Made by a program: the position numbers and the translations under genes | The notes under the pieces: generated by a model | Seen by the model: the letters and a program-made list of their open reading frames with translations, nothing else | Told to the model about the DNA's origin: nothing | The model's database searches: none | From: Octopus bimaculoides | Lineage: Eukaryota | DNA length: 57,896 nucleotides | Assembly (NCBI RefSeq): GCF_001194135.2 | Contig: NC_068982.1 | Span: 73,963,633-74,021,528 of the forward strand | Direction of reading: 5' to 3' | In this document: one piece after another, positions 12,784 to 25,879 of the stretch | Layout of the letters: each line of letters opens with the position of its first letter | Position numbering within the stretch: the stretch's first letter is position 1

Positions 12784-13149
12784 ATGGGAGAATAGTAAAG
12801 TAGTTAATAGATTATTATTTATTAATTAAAAAATTGACAAACATCGCTTACAGCTGTTTCAATTCAGGCTCTCAGAAAATTAATTAATTAAATTAAAAAT
12901 TATTTGAAAGTCTTCAGAGGTAGATAAAGGTATACAAAGTAGATGTTCAATTTCCTCATATTGAGTAAACAGCTGAGGAAATTGAACACCTACTTTGTAA
13001 ACCTTTATCTGCCTCTGAAGACTTTCAAATAATTTTTAATTCAATTAATTAATCTTCTGAGAACCTGAATTGAAACAGCTGTAAGGGATATTTGTCAATT
13101 TTTTAAATAAATACATAATAAGTTATTAATTACCTTTCTATTCTCTCAT
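12784..13149. repeat. Foldback palindrome, about 175-bp arms, 17-nt loop
   Basis: 12784-12957 is an imperfect reverse complement of 12975-13149, flanked by TA-rich sequence. Confidence 0.9.
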
Positions 13150-13150
13150 C

Positions 13151-13189
<39 letters not shown>

Positions 13190-16100
13190 ATGTATGTATG
13201 TATGTGTTTATATATAAATATATGTATATGTGTGTGTGTAATTCAATGTGGTGCTATATTACTAAAAGGAACTGTTGTTACCCTTCGAGCAAGGAAATGG
13301 AAAAGGTGATGATGATTGGCTCCAAACATTTGCTGTAGAACTAAATTATAATCAGCCATATTTTGTAAATGAAGTTTTTAAAATTTCTTTTTTTTTTTTT
13401 CTTCTTTTTTTGCAATTGTTGAGATGAAAACAATACCAAACAGAAACAACTCTAGATCTTGATTATACTATCATAGATTTGAGTTAATTAATTCTAATTG
13501 AAAAGTTTTAATTTTTATTTTTTATTTATTTCAATAAACCTTTTTATATGAAGAATAATGTCGTGCTTTTACAAAGCTTGATCTTTTCTTGGAGAGAATG
13601 TGTGAATGTTTCCCTCATGGTCCCCCTGCCCTCACCTCTCTCAGTATCCTTTTCCTTTGCTAGTTCTATTCAAGATTATTTCATTAAGCTTTATCAGCAT
13701 TAGTTTTTCTATTATATATTTTTTGTTTTATACAATCAACCATACAGACATATTCAATGCTGTTTTATTTTTCAATGTCCTCCAGTAAGAGGCCAGTGTT
13801 AATATATTAGGTTTCATAAACATTCTGTTATCATTTATTTGTTGGTGTTCTTGCCAATAAAATTCAATATGATTTAGAAGTGTGTGATGGTAAGTTTAAA
13901 ATCGCAGTGTGTTCCTCCATTTTTAGTTGAGATTCCAATTCTGATGAGCGTCTACAAATATTCCACATTTGCTAACATTCATTTCATTTGTTTTAAAAAT
14001 ATAATCAAAGATGTCACCTGACATTTCTCTATATTGGAAAGATTGCTGTTAACTTCCCATATTGGAAAAATATGTATCTGTTTGTTTTATTTTTAAATAT
14101 ATTTATTTGCTATATATATTATATGTGTGCAAGTGTAAATTATGTGTGATGGCACATGGCCCAGTGGTTAGGATGTTGGGTTCATGATCATAAAGTTGAG
14201 GGTTCAATTCCTGGTTTGGGCAGTGCCTATCTTGGAGCAAAGCACATCATTTCATGTCGTTCCAGTTTACTCAGCTCTAAATGAATACCAGTCATTTCTA
14301 GTGCAGCCCTCTCTCCTTCCAGCTATTACATCCTCTATGTTATGCTGAGCCAAGGGTGGGAGATCTGAGAGGGTGTCTACATCTGCTCACAACTTAACAG
14401 GCACCTGAGTCAATTAGCTGAAGCATGGTACATGTTACCAGGTCATACTCACTTGCAAGTGATGACTATGGTTGGTTTTGATGATTTATATGTTTGCTTG
14501 TGTGTATGTGTGTTTTATATGTGTCTGTTTGTGTGAATCCAAATGTTTCTACATTTCAGTGATGCTGCTTTTTTGTCTTCCCAAGTTTTCCTCTGCCATT
14601 GTGTTCGACTCAGTTTACCTTTTGTTCATTTGTTGCATTACTCAAAATTTACACAGTTTATTCATGCAAATTATAATTAAAGCTCTATCAATCAATTTTG
14701 TAGCAACTAATGATCTGATACCTCTTTTAATCTGGACAATTATGTGATAACACTTAAATTTCTTGCAACCATTATTAATAGCTTTTTCCACTACCAAGCC
14801 TTCACAGCCTACATTCTTCCTACACCCTAACTGTAACAATAAGCTGCAAATATTTAAAAGTACAGCAAACTTACTAACCTCTTAAGTAGAATGAGATGAT
14901 TTGGCATAGCTGACTGGATATTCAGCCTGTTTTGGTGGCAATACTTTTTAGCACTGGAGGCAAATGCTCTCTCATACACACACGTGCCTGCAGAAATATA
15001 CACATACAGATAGAAAGAGTGAGAGAGACGTTACAATTTATTCATTGAACATGACTGGCTTGAACACTCCCTCTCCCCCTACACAAACAAGGAAATATGT
15101 TCATACACATAAGGGAAAATGGAGAGGGAGAGAATGATATAAACTTTAAAATGAGTGAAACATTAAAATATATGATGTCAAATCAGCATTGAATCAGTAG
15201 CATGGAATAGGTGACACCAAAGTGGCTGTTTCAAAACACCTCGTACCCCATCCTAAGACATTGTCTGTGAAGAGAAAGCTAATTGATAACATGCCTTCAT
15301 GGCAGAGAATATTGTTTCTCAGCATGAAAGAAGAAAAGATAATGTATACCCTGCACAATTACGTTCCAGTGAGGCCCTTGAGGTTGGGAGGTTAGCACGT
15401 GGCAGTAGAGTTGGTTTTAAATATTTGAGCTTCATTTTATAATAGTTGTGAGGGTTGGAAGAATGTTTTTAATTTCAATACAGATTTCTAGTTAATAAAG
15501 AGTATCGTGAAGGTTTAGCAGTGAAAAGTTACAAAATAATGTGGCTGCAATCTTCTAGGATTTTACTCAGAATTATTCTCACATGATCACTTTTTTATCT
15601 GGCTGGATGGATTGTCCAGCACTGTCTGGAACCAAAGATGCCATAAAAATTGATGCTGAATCTGTACAACAAGTTTGAAAAGCATGTTCATAGTTTCTAA
15701 ACACAAAGGTTTATTCATATAAACTATCTGATATCTCTGAAAGAACATGTTTCACTTTCAAAGATTATATTACACCTAACTATGTCTGCACTTGTACACG
15801 CTGCACTTTTAAAAACAAAAATGTCCACCATCTTGGTGAAATCCAGTAATCTGCAAATATTTAATTAAACTGGATTAATGTTAGTGTGTATTTCTATTTC
15901 ATGCTTTTTCTTTCTTTCTTTCTTTCTTTCTTTTTTAATTACCTGATAGTAAATGATTAAGAGATTAGTTTATCTGATAGATTATCCAGCAGAAAAGAAT
16001 TATAATACTTGTAAATTATATCATGAGTAGAATGTTACCCTTCATGTGGATGGGTAACTTTGGAAGTATATTTTTGCCACTTTGGGTAATATCAGGAAGT

Positions 16101-16886
16101 ATGGCATACATACAATAATTATAATTTAACTTTTTTATCAAATTTCTTGATGAAATTAATACTAATTTTGTAAAGAAAAATATTTATTACCTTAAAATAA
16201 AATTAACTAAAAGAATTTCTCATTTGTATAACTCTTCCCATAACTTCTCTGTCAGTTACTCCCTCTCCTCCTCCTCTGTCTTTGTCTTTTTTTCTCCACT
16301 CATCATGCACCTATGTGAACTCTCTCTATATACCTCTTTCTTATTCTCTCTCCCCCTCTCTCTATATGATGTAAAGCGTGACTGAAGAAATCAACCAACC
16401 AACTTATATATTGGCTATTATTGTATAGAAATATTTTGATATTTAAATTGATATCAGTGAGCTAAGTCTCTATTAATTTTTTTTTTTTTTTGAGATATTA
16501 AATAAAAATTTTATTTCATTTTATTTTTTTAGTTAACTCTTGTTTTAAAATTTTAAAAATGATGATTAAAACTGACATATCTTCATATAACAAACACAAG
16601 GATGGAAATAAAATTAAAAACATTTTGAACAGTTTCTTTTTTTTTATTTCAAAATTTGAAAGCCTGATTTTAAATGTAAATAAAATAAAATTGAAATGAT
16701 AATGGCAATTCAAATTGATTCATAAAAAAACAAAGACATTATTTTATTATTGAATTCTCAATTTATCAAATTTAATTTCAGTTTTCAAAATCCAATTTTG
16801 TAAAATAGCTTTCATACTTCCTCCATCACCCCTACCAATTTTATTTATGTAAACATCAGTTTGTTAATTGTGAATATCAACCCTTT

Positions 16887-16917
<31 letters not shown>

Positions 16918-17863
16918 ACCCCACACACACACATATACGCATACTCCTACATGCACCTGCTTAATATAAGCAACATAATCACGGAATTTTATCACCAAAA
17001 GCCTAAATTCCACAGAGATAGTAAGATATTTCCTGAAATAAAGATGGTTGTGTGTAAAGAAAACAGTTATATGTTCAAGAATTAACAGAAAAGAGAATAA
17101 AATATTATTTTGTTTGCAAAATTCTTCATGTGAACTCATGTGTTGAAACAGACTTGTTATATCTGGGGAGGGTCATTATGTCAACAATAAACACATGCAC
17201 TGGTTCAGTTTCACTTTTTAGTTATTTGTTAATAAACTAATCAACTGTTTGATCAATCGTTCAATCAATCGGTTTATCAGCTAGGCTTGTTAGTGTCCTT
17301 TCATTGCCACTCACAACCTTTTCAATGATGATATTCCCTCCGTGTTAGCTTCAGATGTGTCTGTCTGAGCCTTTGTTTTTTTAAGCTTTTTTACTTTTAA
17401 GTAGTTGTATGGAGATATGAGTGGGATTCATTCTTAAGATATTCAGCTTATTACAGTGCTAATCCATTCTTGGAGGGTTGGTGCAGAATTAGTAGTCTGA
17501 CTTCCTCTTAGTTTCCATAACACCAGGTGAAGCTGTTAGTACACTGGCTTTGGCATGTCTCGAATATCAGCATTAGTTCTGATATCCCTCATCTCTCTTC
17601 AGTAACTCAAACAAACATTTTAGCTAGGCACTGCAAGCTAACTAAACATGCATTAGATGTGCAGTGCTGCTGTTGTTTACAGTGTTTAGCCTTATCTTCC
17701 CAAGGCATCTGTTTTATTCTTAGAAGACTAAATTATCAAAAATTAAGTGACCCTGTTAGTGACAGAATACAAATTATTCATGACCTTAACCCTTTTGTTA
17801 CCATATTTGTTTTGAAATACACCCTTATTCCAATTAATTTCCTTAAAATATAATGAAGAACTA

Positions 17864-18029
17864 CCATATATACTTGTGGGTAAGTTGCATCCCTAATGTA
17901 GAGTTAAGTCTTGGTACAAAATATTTTTCCCTTCCTAGTTTCAACCGTGCCCTGTGTATTAGCCGCACTGCAGTTTTTCCAGTTAAAATCAAGTACAAAA
18001 TAGTGTATCTTACATGTGAGTAAATATGC
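17864..18029. mobile_element. TA-flanked MITE (Tc1/pogo-like)
   Basis: TA|CCATATATACTTGTGGGTAAG...CTTACATGTGAGTAAATATGC|TA, imperfect 21-bp terminal inverted repeats. Confidence 0.55.
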
Positions 18030-18106
18030 TAAGCAAATTCAACTTTACAATGAAAGTAAACAAAGTTTTTTTTTTTTTTTTTTTTTTTAAGCGTTGAGAT
18101 GTATTG

Positions 18107-18499
18107 TAAGATACAGAAATAAATTTATTTCTCAAACACGTGATAATGCTATAAATAGCGTGATCAGGATAAATTATCCATATATTGCAGAAAAATACGT
18201 TACTGGCCAGCCATGAGACTCGAACTCACATCACTGTGATTATGCGTCAAGTGTTTTACCATTAAACTAAACTGCCCAGCAACAAATTCTTCTGCAATTT
18301 TAGAACTTATAAATTTAGTTTCATAAGATGCTAACGTTAAATTCAACTTTTACACTTGACGCGTAATCACAGAGATGTGAGTTCGCGTCTCATGGCTGGC
18401 CAGTAACGTATTTTTCTGCAATATATGGATAATTTATCCTGATCATGCTATTTATAGCATTATCACGCGTTTGAGAAATAAATTTATTTCTGTTTCTTA
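18107..18499. repeat. Foldback element, 148-bp arms carrying tRNA-like sequence
   Basis: 18107-18254 is the reverse complement of 18352-18499 with 6 mismatches by manual alignment. Confidence 0.9.
18204..18276 (-). pseudogene. tRNA-Met(CAT)-like sequence (pseudo-tRNA within the foldback arm)
   Basis: D stem GTTT/AAAC, anticodon loop CGCATAA, T stem GTGAG/CTCAT with TTCGAGT loop. Acceptor stem has a G-G mismatch and the anticodon stem only 3 of 5 pairs. Confidence 0.55.
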
Positions 18500-18894
18500 T
18501 GCTAAGTAAAATAACTTTGTTGTTATTAAGCTGATGTTTGGAACATAAGTAATTTTAAAGAGGAATGATCTAAATTTAAATTTAGATCACTTAAAACAGG
18601 AAGCTTGTATCAAAGAATAAAATCAGTCTCAGGTAGATTAAAGCAGGAAGTTTGTACCATAAGAAATGGTCTCAGGTGTGTTGGTATTAAAAGGGTTAAA
18701 GACTCAGCCTATTTTGACTTTCCTTGAAATTTTCAGGAGACTAGTAAATAGCTAATTAATTTTCAAGGAAATATTTAGTCTATTTTTATCGCTTAGTTCT
18801 TAATTGAAACGCTTAAGTGAATGAAAATCTATATAGTCTGCTAGTTTTTATATTTATATATTTTTCTAGGTTGTCTTTCAAAATAAAGGTAGTT

Positions 18895-19100
18895 GATGCA
18901 GTGTGAATTCATCTAGGAACACACATTCAGCAGCATGCATTCATCTGTGAACACATGATGCAGCGTGCATTCACCTAGAACCACATGATGCAATGTGCAT
19001 TTATCTATAAACACAATAAAGCAGTGTGTATGTATCTGTGAACATGTAGCATGCATTCATCTATAAATGCTTGTAAAACATGCATTCATCTGTAAACACA
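18895..19100. repeat. Degenerate minisatellite, about 30-bp unit, about 7 copies
   Basis: Recurring GCAG(T/C)(G/A)TGCATTCATCT(A/G)TGAACAC. Confidence 0.7.
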
Positions 19101-19621
19101 CTGGAATATAGAGACCAAAGTATTATGACCACTGGTGATTGCAAGTATGGCACAAACATGGAATACTGATTGTCTGAGTCGAGGAAGTTCTGTTACATAT
19201 TTTGTGCAGTTGCAAAACATAAGTAGTGGTCATCTCAAAGTTTTCTGAAGTTTTATATTGTTGTGGTTTCCAAGTCTACTCACCTGATGTTAATTTTGAA
19301 GTTGTTTTCAAAATATCTTCATTGGTCAGTCCTGGTTTTGACTTCAGTCGGTACACTTCGTCTTAGAATTAAATTAATTTTTTTTTTTTAATGTGGATGA
19401 CATTCAGTTACTTGTAAAACACATTCCATTATAGATTACTCTCAAAAGAGAAATGGTTATTCTGTATAATAGTTTGACTGCAAGGATGAAGGATACCATT
19501 GTTCCAGGGTCTTTGTTTCAAATCATACTACAGGACTGCAAATATTTTAACATTCTATATACTGAATTTAGTTGAGAGGCAAAAATAGGTCTCAAAATGC
19601 CTTCTTTTATTTACATATTTG

Positions 19622-19995
19622 GTATGGCTATGTGGTTAAGAAGCTTACCTTGCAACCACATTGTTTCAGGTTCAGTCCCACTGCAGAGTATTTTGTACAA
19701 TAATCTTTTATTGTAGCTCTAGGTCAACTGATACTTTATGAGTGGATTTGATAGCCAGAAAGTGTGTTGAACCCCATTGTATATACATATATATAATATA
19801 TGCATGTATGTGTCTTTGTGTATTTTCCCCAACAAGTGGACAACAGATGTTAGCTTGTTTATGTCTCTGTTGTAACTTAGAGGTTTGACAAAAGAGACCA
19901 ATAGTATAAGTACCAGATGTAAAGCATTAGTGCTGGGGTTGATTTGTTCAACTAAACCCTTTAAGGCAGTATCCCAACATGGCCACAAGTAAAAG
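19622..19995 (+). mobile_element. SINE family 1, diverged copy
   Basis: TGGCTATGTGGTTAAG head...GGTTCAGTCCC...CAACATGGCCACA tail. Confidence 0.7.
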
Positions 19996-22994
19996 ATTAT
20001 TTCTCTTATTTTCTTCTAAGATTTATAAACAAGTACAATCACTTCCTTTTACTTAGTTTCCTTAATTTCAAGCATTCCCATCTCTCTTCCTCTCTAGAGA
20101 ATTAGGGTTGGACTCAAGGGTCCAACCCTAACTCCCCCCCCCCCAGGCTCCACCCTGTCCTTCTTCACCAGTATTTAATCCCTTTGGAATTCCCTCTCTG
20201 TTCTTATATGCTCCCTGCAGGTCTTAATTTACAAAGGTTCAAGAGAAATACTAATGGCATGAATGTTATTGGTCTAGGAAGGCTTGCAGAGGCCATTGGT
20301 ACTTTCTTTTCGTCTAGATCCAGCAAATAAAAAAAAAAAACTTTTACACCTCATCTCCTAGTGTAAAGCTGTCCCTTCAGGGTTTCTTGTCTTGTCAAGG
20401 ACTTCAAAACTTCACTTGTGCTAGTGGCATGAAAAAAGTGCCCAGTACCTGCTGAAAAGTAGTTGGCATTAGGAAAGGCATCCAACCATAGAAACTTCAC
20501 CAAAGCAGACACTGAAGCATGTTGTAGCCCTTGGACCTATTGAATCCTGTCATACGGTCCATCCCTTACCCCATCATGGAATATAGACAATTAAACAGCG
20601 ATGATGATGATCAAACTTTGTCTATCCCTCAGAAAGGAACTAGTAATAGTAACAGAGGGGCATAAATCTTGTTGATTTGAACAACCTTAAAGTTTAAGTC
20701 AACTTGTTGATAATCTGGGATTATGCTGCTGCTTACACACACTGATATTCTGGACTGCATCCAGAGAATGTTAGTTTTAACCCTTTAGTATTTAAACAAG
20801 TCATAGCAGGCCCAAATGTTTCACCTGTTTTATGTTAAAACTGGTCAGATCTAGCCTCTCACACCTATTTTTCAATATCAGTCAAAATGGGTAATCACAT
20901 TATTGAAACCTCAAAGCTACAAGATAATGCATGGTAATCTGAATGCTAAATAGTTAAAGATAGTGCTTCAACACAGCCACGTTTCTATAACTGAAATAAA
21001 CAAAAGAATAGAAAGCCTGGCTTCATAAGTTATTGTGGATTAATCTCAGAGAAAATCATTCTGTAACAAATGAATCAAGTTAAAGATCTCTAAAAATTTT
21101 GTGAGTCAGGAATGAAGTGAAACTGATTCTGCATAACTGTATTATTTATTGTTTTATATTTCTTTTCATCCTCTTCTGTCCATGATACATTAAAGTGCAT
21201 ACTTGCTCTTTAAATGTTTTTTTTTTCAGAAACAAAGCATTCTATAGTTGTCTCCCCTTTAAATTCTACAACTCCCCAGCCAGCCAATAAGTTATTCATA
21301 CACTCTTGGTCAGATGCGCTTTAGATTTATGATAATCCCTTTAAATATTGTTATATAACTTTGGCCAGATATAATTAAGATTTGTTGATATCTCGTTAAA
21401 CTATAATTAGACAGTTCATAGCTTTGGTTTTAATATAATCTGATGTCTGTATAGTGTCAGGTCAGACTAGAGCAGTGTATTCAACAGACAAACATTTCAA
21501 TTGTAAACTTTCTAAGTGTAAGTTTTTTTTTGTTTTAGCTGGTTTGTGCCACTCACTTAGAGTTGTTATAGTTTTATTCGAGTTTAACTGAATTAAATTG
21601 TTATATAAGAGTTATCTTAACATATCTTTTGGATACTACATGTAGCTCCTTCACAGCAACAAAACTGTTCTGTTCTAGCCCTTTCCCTCATATTCCTCAT
21701 CTCCTAGCATAAAGCAATCTTTCTCAGGGTTCGTAGTTTTGCAATCTGCATGGTAACCTCACTAGTGCTGGTGGTATGATTAAAAGCATTCAGTACATGT
21801 AATGTAAAGTGCTTGGCATAAGGAAGGCATTCATCAGTAGAAACCAAGCTAAAAATGAAATATGCAAGGAAGATGTAGATCTCCAACCCATGTAGGTGAT
21901 TAGTACTCTTCAAATGTGTTCTGACTTTGACTGAGGTAACCCATCCAATCCATGCCAGCATGGAAAGCAAACATAAAATAATGATGAGCTTTATCTTAAT
22001 GTAATCTACATCGGTGAGCAGGACAGAACCTGAGATCACACTGTTTGGAAGCAAGCTTTTTAACCACACAGCTACATTTGCATCTATATATTTTCTTTTT
22101 AACATTTTACCGACATTCTGCTGATTTTTTTTGTTTTTTTATTAAATAGTCAAACCATCATGACTTTCAAGAATTTATTAATTATTTGTTCCTCCACTCC
22201 CTTTCCATACTGTCTTGTTGCTGTTGTTATTGGCACTTGAGCATTGTTCTATATTTTATGTCCTGGTAGTTTGACTGTCATTCATTGTTACTCTCTAACA
22301 TACACACACATACAAGTTTATAATAAGCTCTATGACTCATAACCCATGACATATAAGTGACTGAGATCGCAATACTGCAACTGAACAGGATCCCACTGTA
22401 CAGGATGCTGCTCTGTCACAGGATTAACTCCTTATCTATTGCCAGTATTTTGAAATAAAGGCATTTTTGCTCAAGAACATAACACACTGTCCAATTCAGA
22501 AATGAAAACCAAAACATTTTGATTGTGAATGCAATGCTCTAATCACTAGGCTACCTGCCTTCACACACAAAGACACAGAGAATATAAAACTGTAACTACA
22601 AGCATTTTATTCTTTTATCCAGCTGATTTGAAATGATTTTTTTATGTGTTAATTTTTTAAAATATAAATATATATAAATATAAAACTATTTCAAACCTCA
22701 TTTTTCTTCTGTTCTATTGTTGTAGTTTTTGTTTTATTTTTATTTTTATTTTTGTTTCTCTCTATTGGTCAGTTCATCCACCGTTCTTACTACTATTGAC
22801 CTCTTACCAAATTTTTGCCACTCCACTTAAAATTTAGTAAAATGATTTTTTTTTGCCATTGCCAATTCTGCTACAGATGTCATGTGGTATTTACTGTTTT
22901 GTGTCAGGCATTGGACTGTGGCTATGCTGGAGCACACACAGCTGTGCCTGCTAATTTTTTTTCTTTTTTATTTTAGACTCAATCATGCAACATA

Positions 22995-23384
22995 TACTCT
23001 TTACTCTTTTACTCTTTTACTTGTTTCAGTCATTTGACTGCGGCCATGCTGGAGCACCGCCTTTAGTCGAGCAAATCGACCCCAGGACTTATTCTTTGGA
23101 TGCCTAGTACTTATTCTATCAGTCTCTTTTGCTGAACTGCTAAGTTATGGGGACCTAAACACACCAGCATCGGTTGTCAAGCGATGCTGGAGGGACAAAC
23201 ACACATATATATACATATATACGACAGGATTCTTTCAGTTTTCATCTACCAAATCCACTCACAAGGCTTTGGTCGGCCCGAGGCTATAGTAGAAGACACT
23301 TACCCAAGGTGCCACGCAGTGGGAATGAACCTGGAACCATGTGGTTGGTAAGCAAGCTACTTACCACACAGCCACTCCTGCGCC
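22995..23384 (-). mobile_element. SINE family 1, young full-length copy
   Basis: Head GGCGCAGGAGTGGCTGTGTGG (A box), GGTTCATTCCC (B-box-like), core CACCTTGGGTAAGTGTCTTC, internal AT microsatellite, (AAGAGTA)n tail. Near-identical to 45424-45785 and 56075-56466. Confidence 0.88.
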
Positions 23385-24040
23385 TATATATATATGTGTG
23401 TGTATATATATATATNNNNNNNNNNNNNNNNNNNNNNNNNNNNNNNNNNNNNNNNNNNNNNNNNNNNNNNNNNNNNNNNNNNNNNNNNNNNNNNNNNNNN
23501 NNNNNNNNNNNNNNNNNNNNNNNNNNNNNNNNNNNNNNNNNNNNNNNNNNNNNNNNNNNNNNNNNNNNNNNNNNNNNNNNNNNNNATATAATGTATAGTT
23601 TTAACTTCAATCTTGATATATATATATATATATATGACAAAATAAGTGGATTTTTTTCTTTTATATTTGTGGAGTGTGAATGTGGAAGAAGGGACAGTGC
23701 CTAAGACCCTTGTAGGCTTACTAAGACCAGTGAGTTTTATTGTAGTTAATGTTCCTTTTTAAACTGTATCTGGTCAACCCCTGCAGGAAAGACATAAGCA
23801 AGGAGAAGATTCTGAGGAAAAAGGATAAAAGGATTGTGAATATTGCTTTAGTTCTGAGTAGGTGGGTGCGATGTGGACACAACAAGAATACCAAGAGGTG
23901 AGGAGAGAAGTCAGCTGAGGATGCCTGAATGAAGGAGGCATGGGTCTAGCCAGCTAATAACACTGTTTAACAAAATTTTATTTTTGTTTGTGGTCAGTAT
24001 TGTTACCTATTTGTTTCTATCTAGAAATCAAAGGTAACGA

Positions 24041-24361
24041 CTACTATTCTCTTCAAACTTTGCTTTTGTGAACTGGAAAACAATGCTTTGAAACTGACAT
24101 ATTTTCCATTACACTTCAGACAGATTCAGCTCTGAGTAGCTGAAGCAGAAATATCATCATAACAAATATTCTGTTCAGTACCACAAATTTTCTTGTTGGA
24201 TGCTTGACCGTAACCACTTGAGTGTGTCCTTTAATGGCTGACAATATGTGCATCTCTGATCATGAGCAGGAGTAGTGGGAGAGCATCATAGCCATGTGTT
24301 GAGGGGGATTCTTTGGAGTTGGAATAAGTGTAACAAAAGCAAAGTTTGAAGGAAATACTAG
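24041..24361. mobile_element. MITE-like element with a 19-bp perfect inverted repeat
   Basis: CTTCAAACTTTGCTTTTGT (24051-24069) and ACAAAAGCAAAGTTTGAAG (24333-24351), imperfectly extendable by about 10 bp. Confidence 0.55.
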
Positions 24362-25225
24362 CCATTTTTTATACTTTCTAGCAAATAAGAGATAACAGCT
24401 GCTATCCAAGGATGAAAATCATCTTACACAATGTAATATACTTTTATCAAATGAATATTAGTGACGGAATCACTATTAATACCATCTTAACATCTTTATA
24501 TCCTACTTAACATGGATGAATTGTTAGAATGATGACTAGTTTGTCATTCACCTTGAGAGGTCCTCTCATATAAATGCATGATGCTTAAAATCACACGCAC
24601 ATATTACAGCAGATGAGAATTGTCTGGGATGGTTTCCAGAACTAGCAGATCATGTGATTTCAGCAGATTGTGCTTCCTCAGATGCACCATGTATCAATAT
24701 AAGAGGACCTCTCTGGGCAAATAACACAGTAATCAGCATTCTAACAATACATCCACATTAAGTTGGATATAAAGTTACACTTTTATATACTGACCAACAA
24801 CCTCACCTCAAACCAATTGCAGTGGAACTGTCAGTGACTAGGTTGCATTTGATATGATGAAAATACTGATTTCAAATTTTTGGCACAAGGTCAGCAGTTT
24901 TGGGGGAGAGGATAAGTTGATTACATCAACCCCAGCATTCAATGGGTACTTATTTTATTGACCCTGAAAGGATGAAAGCAAAGTCAACTGCAACAGAATT
25001 TGAACTCAGAACGTAAGGACAGACAAAATACCACTAACCATTCTGCCCAGCATGGTAATGATTCTGCCAGCTCGTCGCCTTATATGATGAAACTATTGAC
25101 ATCAAATAATAAATGTTTATTTGAAGTTAACAGAATTTATGTGTTTTTCAACGACTACTAGTGTCTTCAACACTGTAATTGTTTTAGTTTCATTACACAA
25201 TCACAGATCAAGTCACTTGGACAAG

Positions 25226-25865
25226 TATTGGTTCATCCCATAAATAACGCGTTTTTTTTTACACTTCTTTTATTTTTCAAAATTAAGATAAACAAAGTTC
25301 TTTTTTAATCTAAAATATACTCTCCTTCATTTTCTGCAATGCTCTTCCATCTATCTGGTAGACTTACAAGGCTCCTCTCCCAAAATTCACTTCTCCATGA
25401 TGAAAAATACTCCTCCAGTACTGTTCTGACCTTACCTACAGAATTCATATTTTTTCTGTGAAGACTGTGCAATAAATGAAAATCAGATGGGGCAATGTCT
25501 GGCAAATATGGTGGGTGGGGCATTGTTTCCCATTCAAACTGCTCCAGCTTTTGGAATGTCATCCTCGCTGTATGTGGCCGAGCATTAACCTGATGGAAGA
25601 ACATCTTTCGTCTTGAAACCAAAGATGGTCGTTTTACCTCTAGGCTGCTTGCAGTAGATCTCCTTTGTTATCATTTCATTCGGGTTTAAAAGTTTAAAGT
25701 GGACTAAACTTTTCATATCCCACCAAACAGCGTGAAGACCCTTCTTTAGTCTGGGATGCCAGTGTTTCTCCTTTCCCTACCCACTGTCTTTGGTGCTTGA
25801 CATTTTTAGAGAATCCATTTCTCATCATCAGTCACTATTCGGTCAAAAACAGGTTCATTCGTGAT
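25226..25865 (-). mobile_element. Mariner transposon remnant (5'-truncated, frameshifted)
   Basis: Translated pieces NEPVFDRIVTDDEKWIL*, AVWWDMKSLVHF, HQVNARPHTA (HDNA Asp to Val), HPPYLPDIAPSDFHLL, RWKSIAENEGEYILD*. Terminal-repeat-like TATTGGTTCATCCCATAAATAACGCG at 25226. Confidence 0.9.
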
Positions 25866-25879
25866 GGTGATGTAGAACA

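Larger units (their letters stand above)
17790..18695. mobile_element. Second piggyBac-type MITE family, interrupted by nested insertions
   Basis: TTAA|CCCTTTTGTTACC...GGTATTAAAAGGG|TTAA. An uninterrupted relative lies at about 46690-46911. Confidence 0.65.

Noticed and set aside
13941-13948. Isolated CTGATGAG hammerhead-like core
   Set aside because: No downstream helix II plus GAAA and no helix I complement.
18895-19100. Regularly spaced repeats as a CRISPR array
   Set aside because: Eukaryotic context, contiguous degenerate units without unique spacers, no cas genes.
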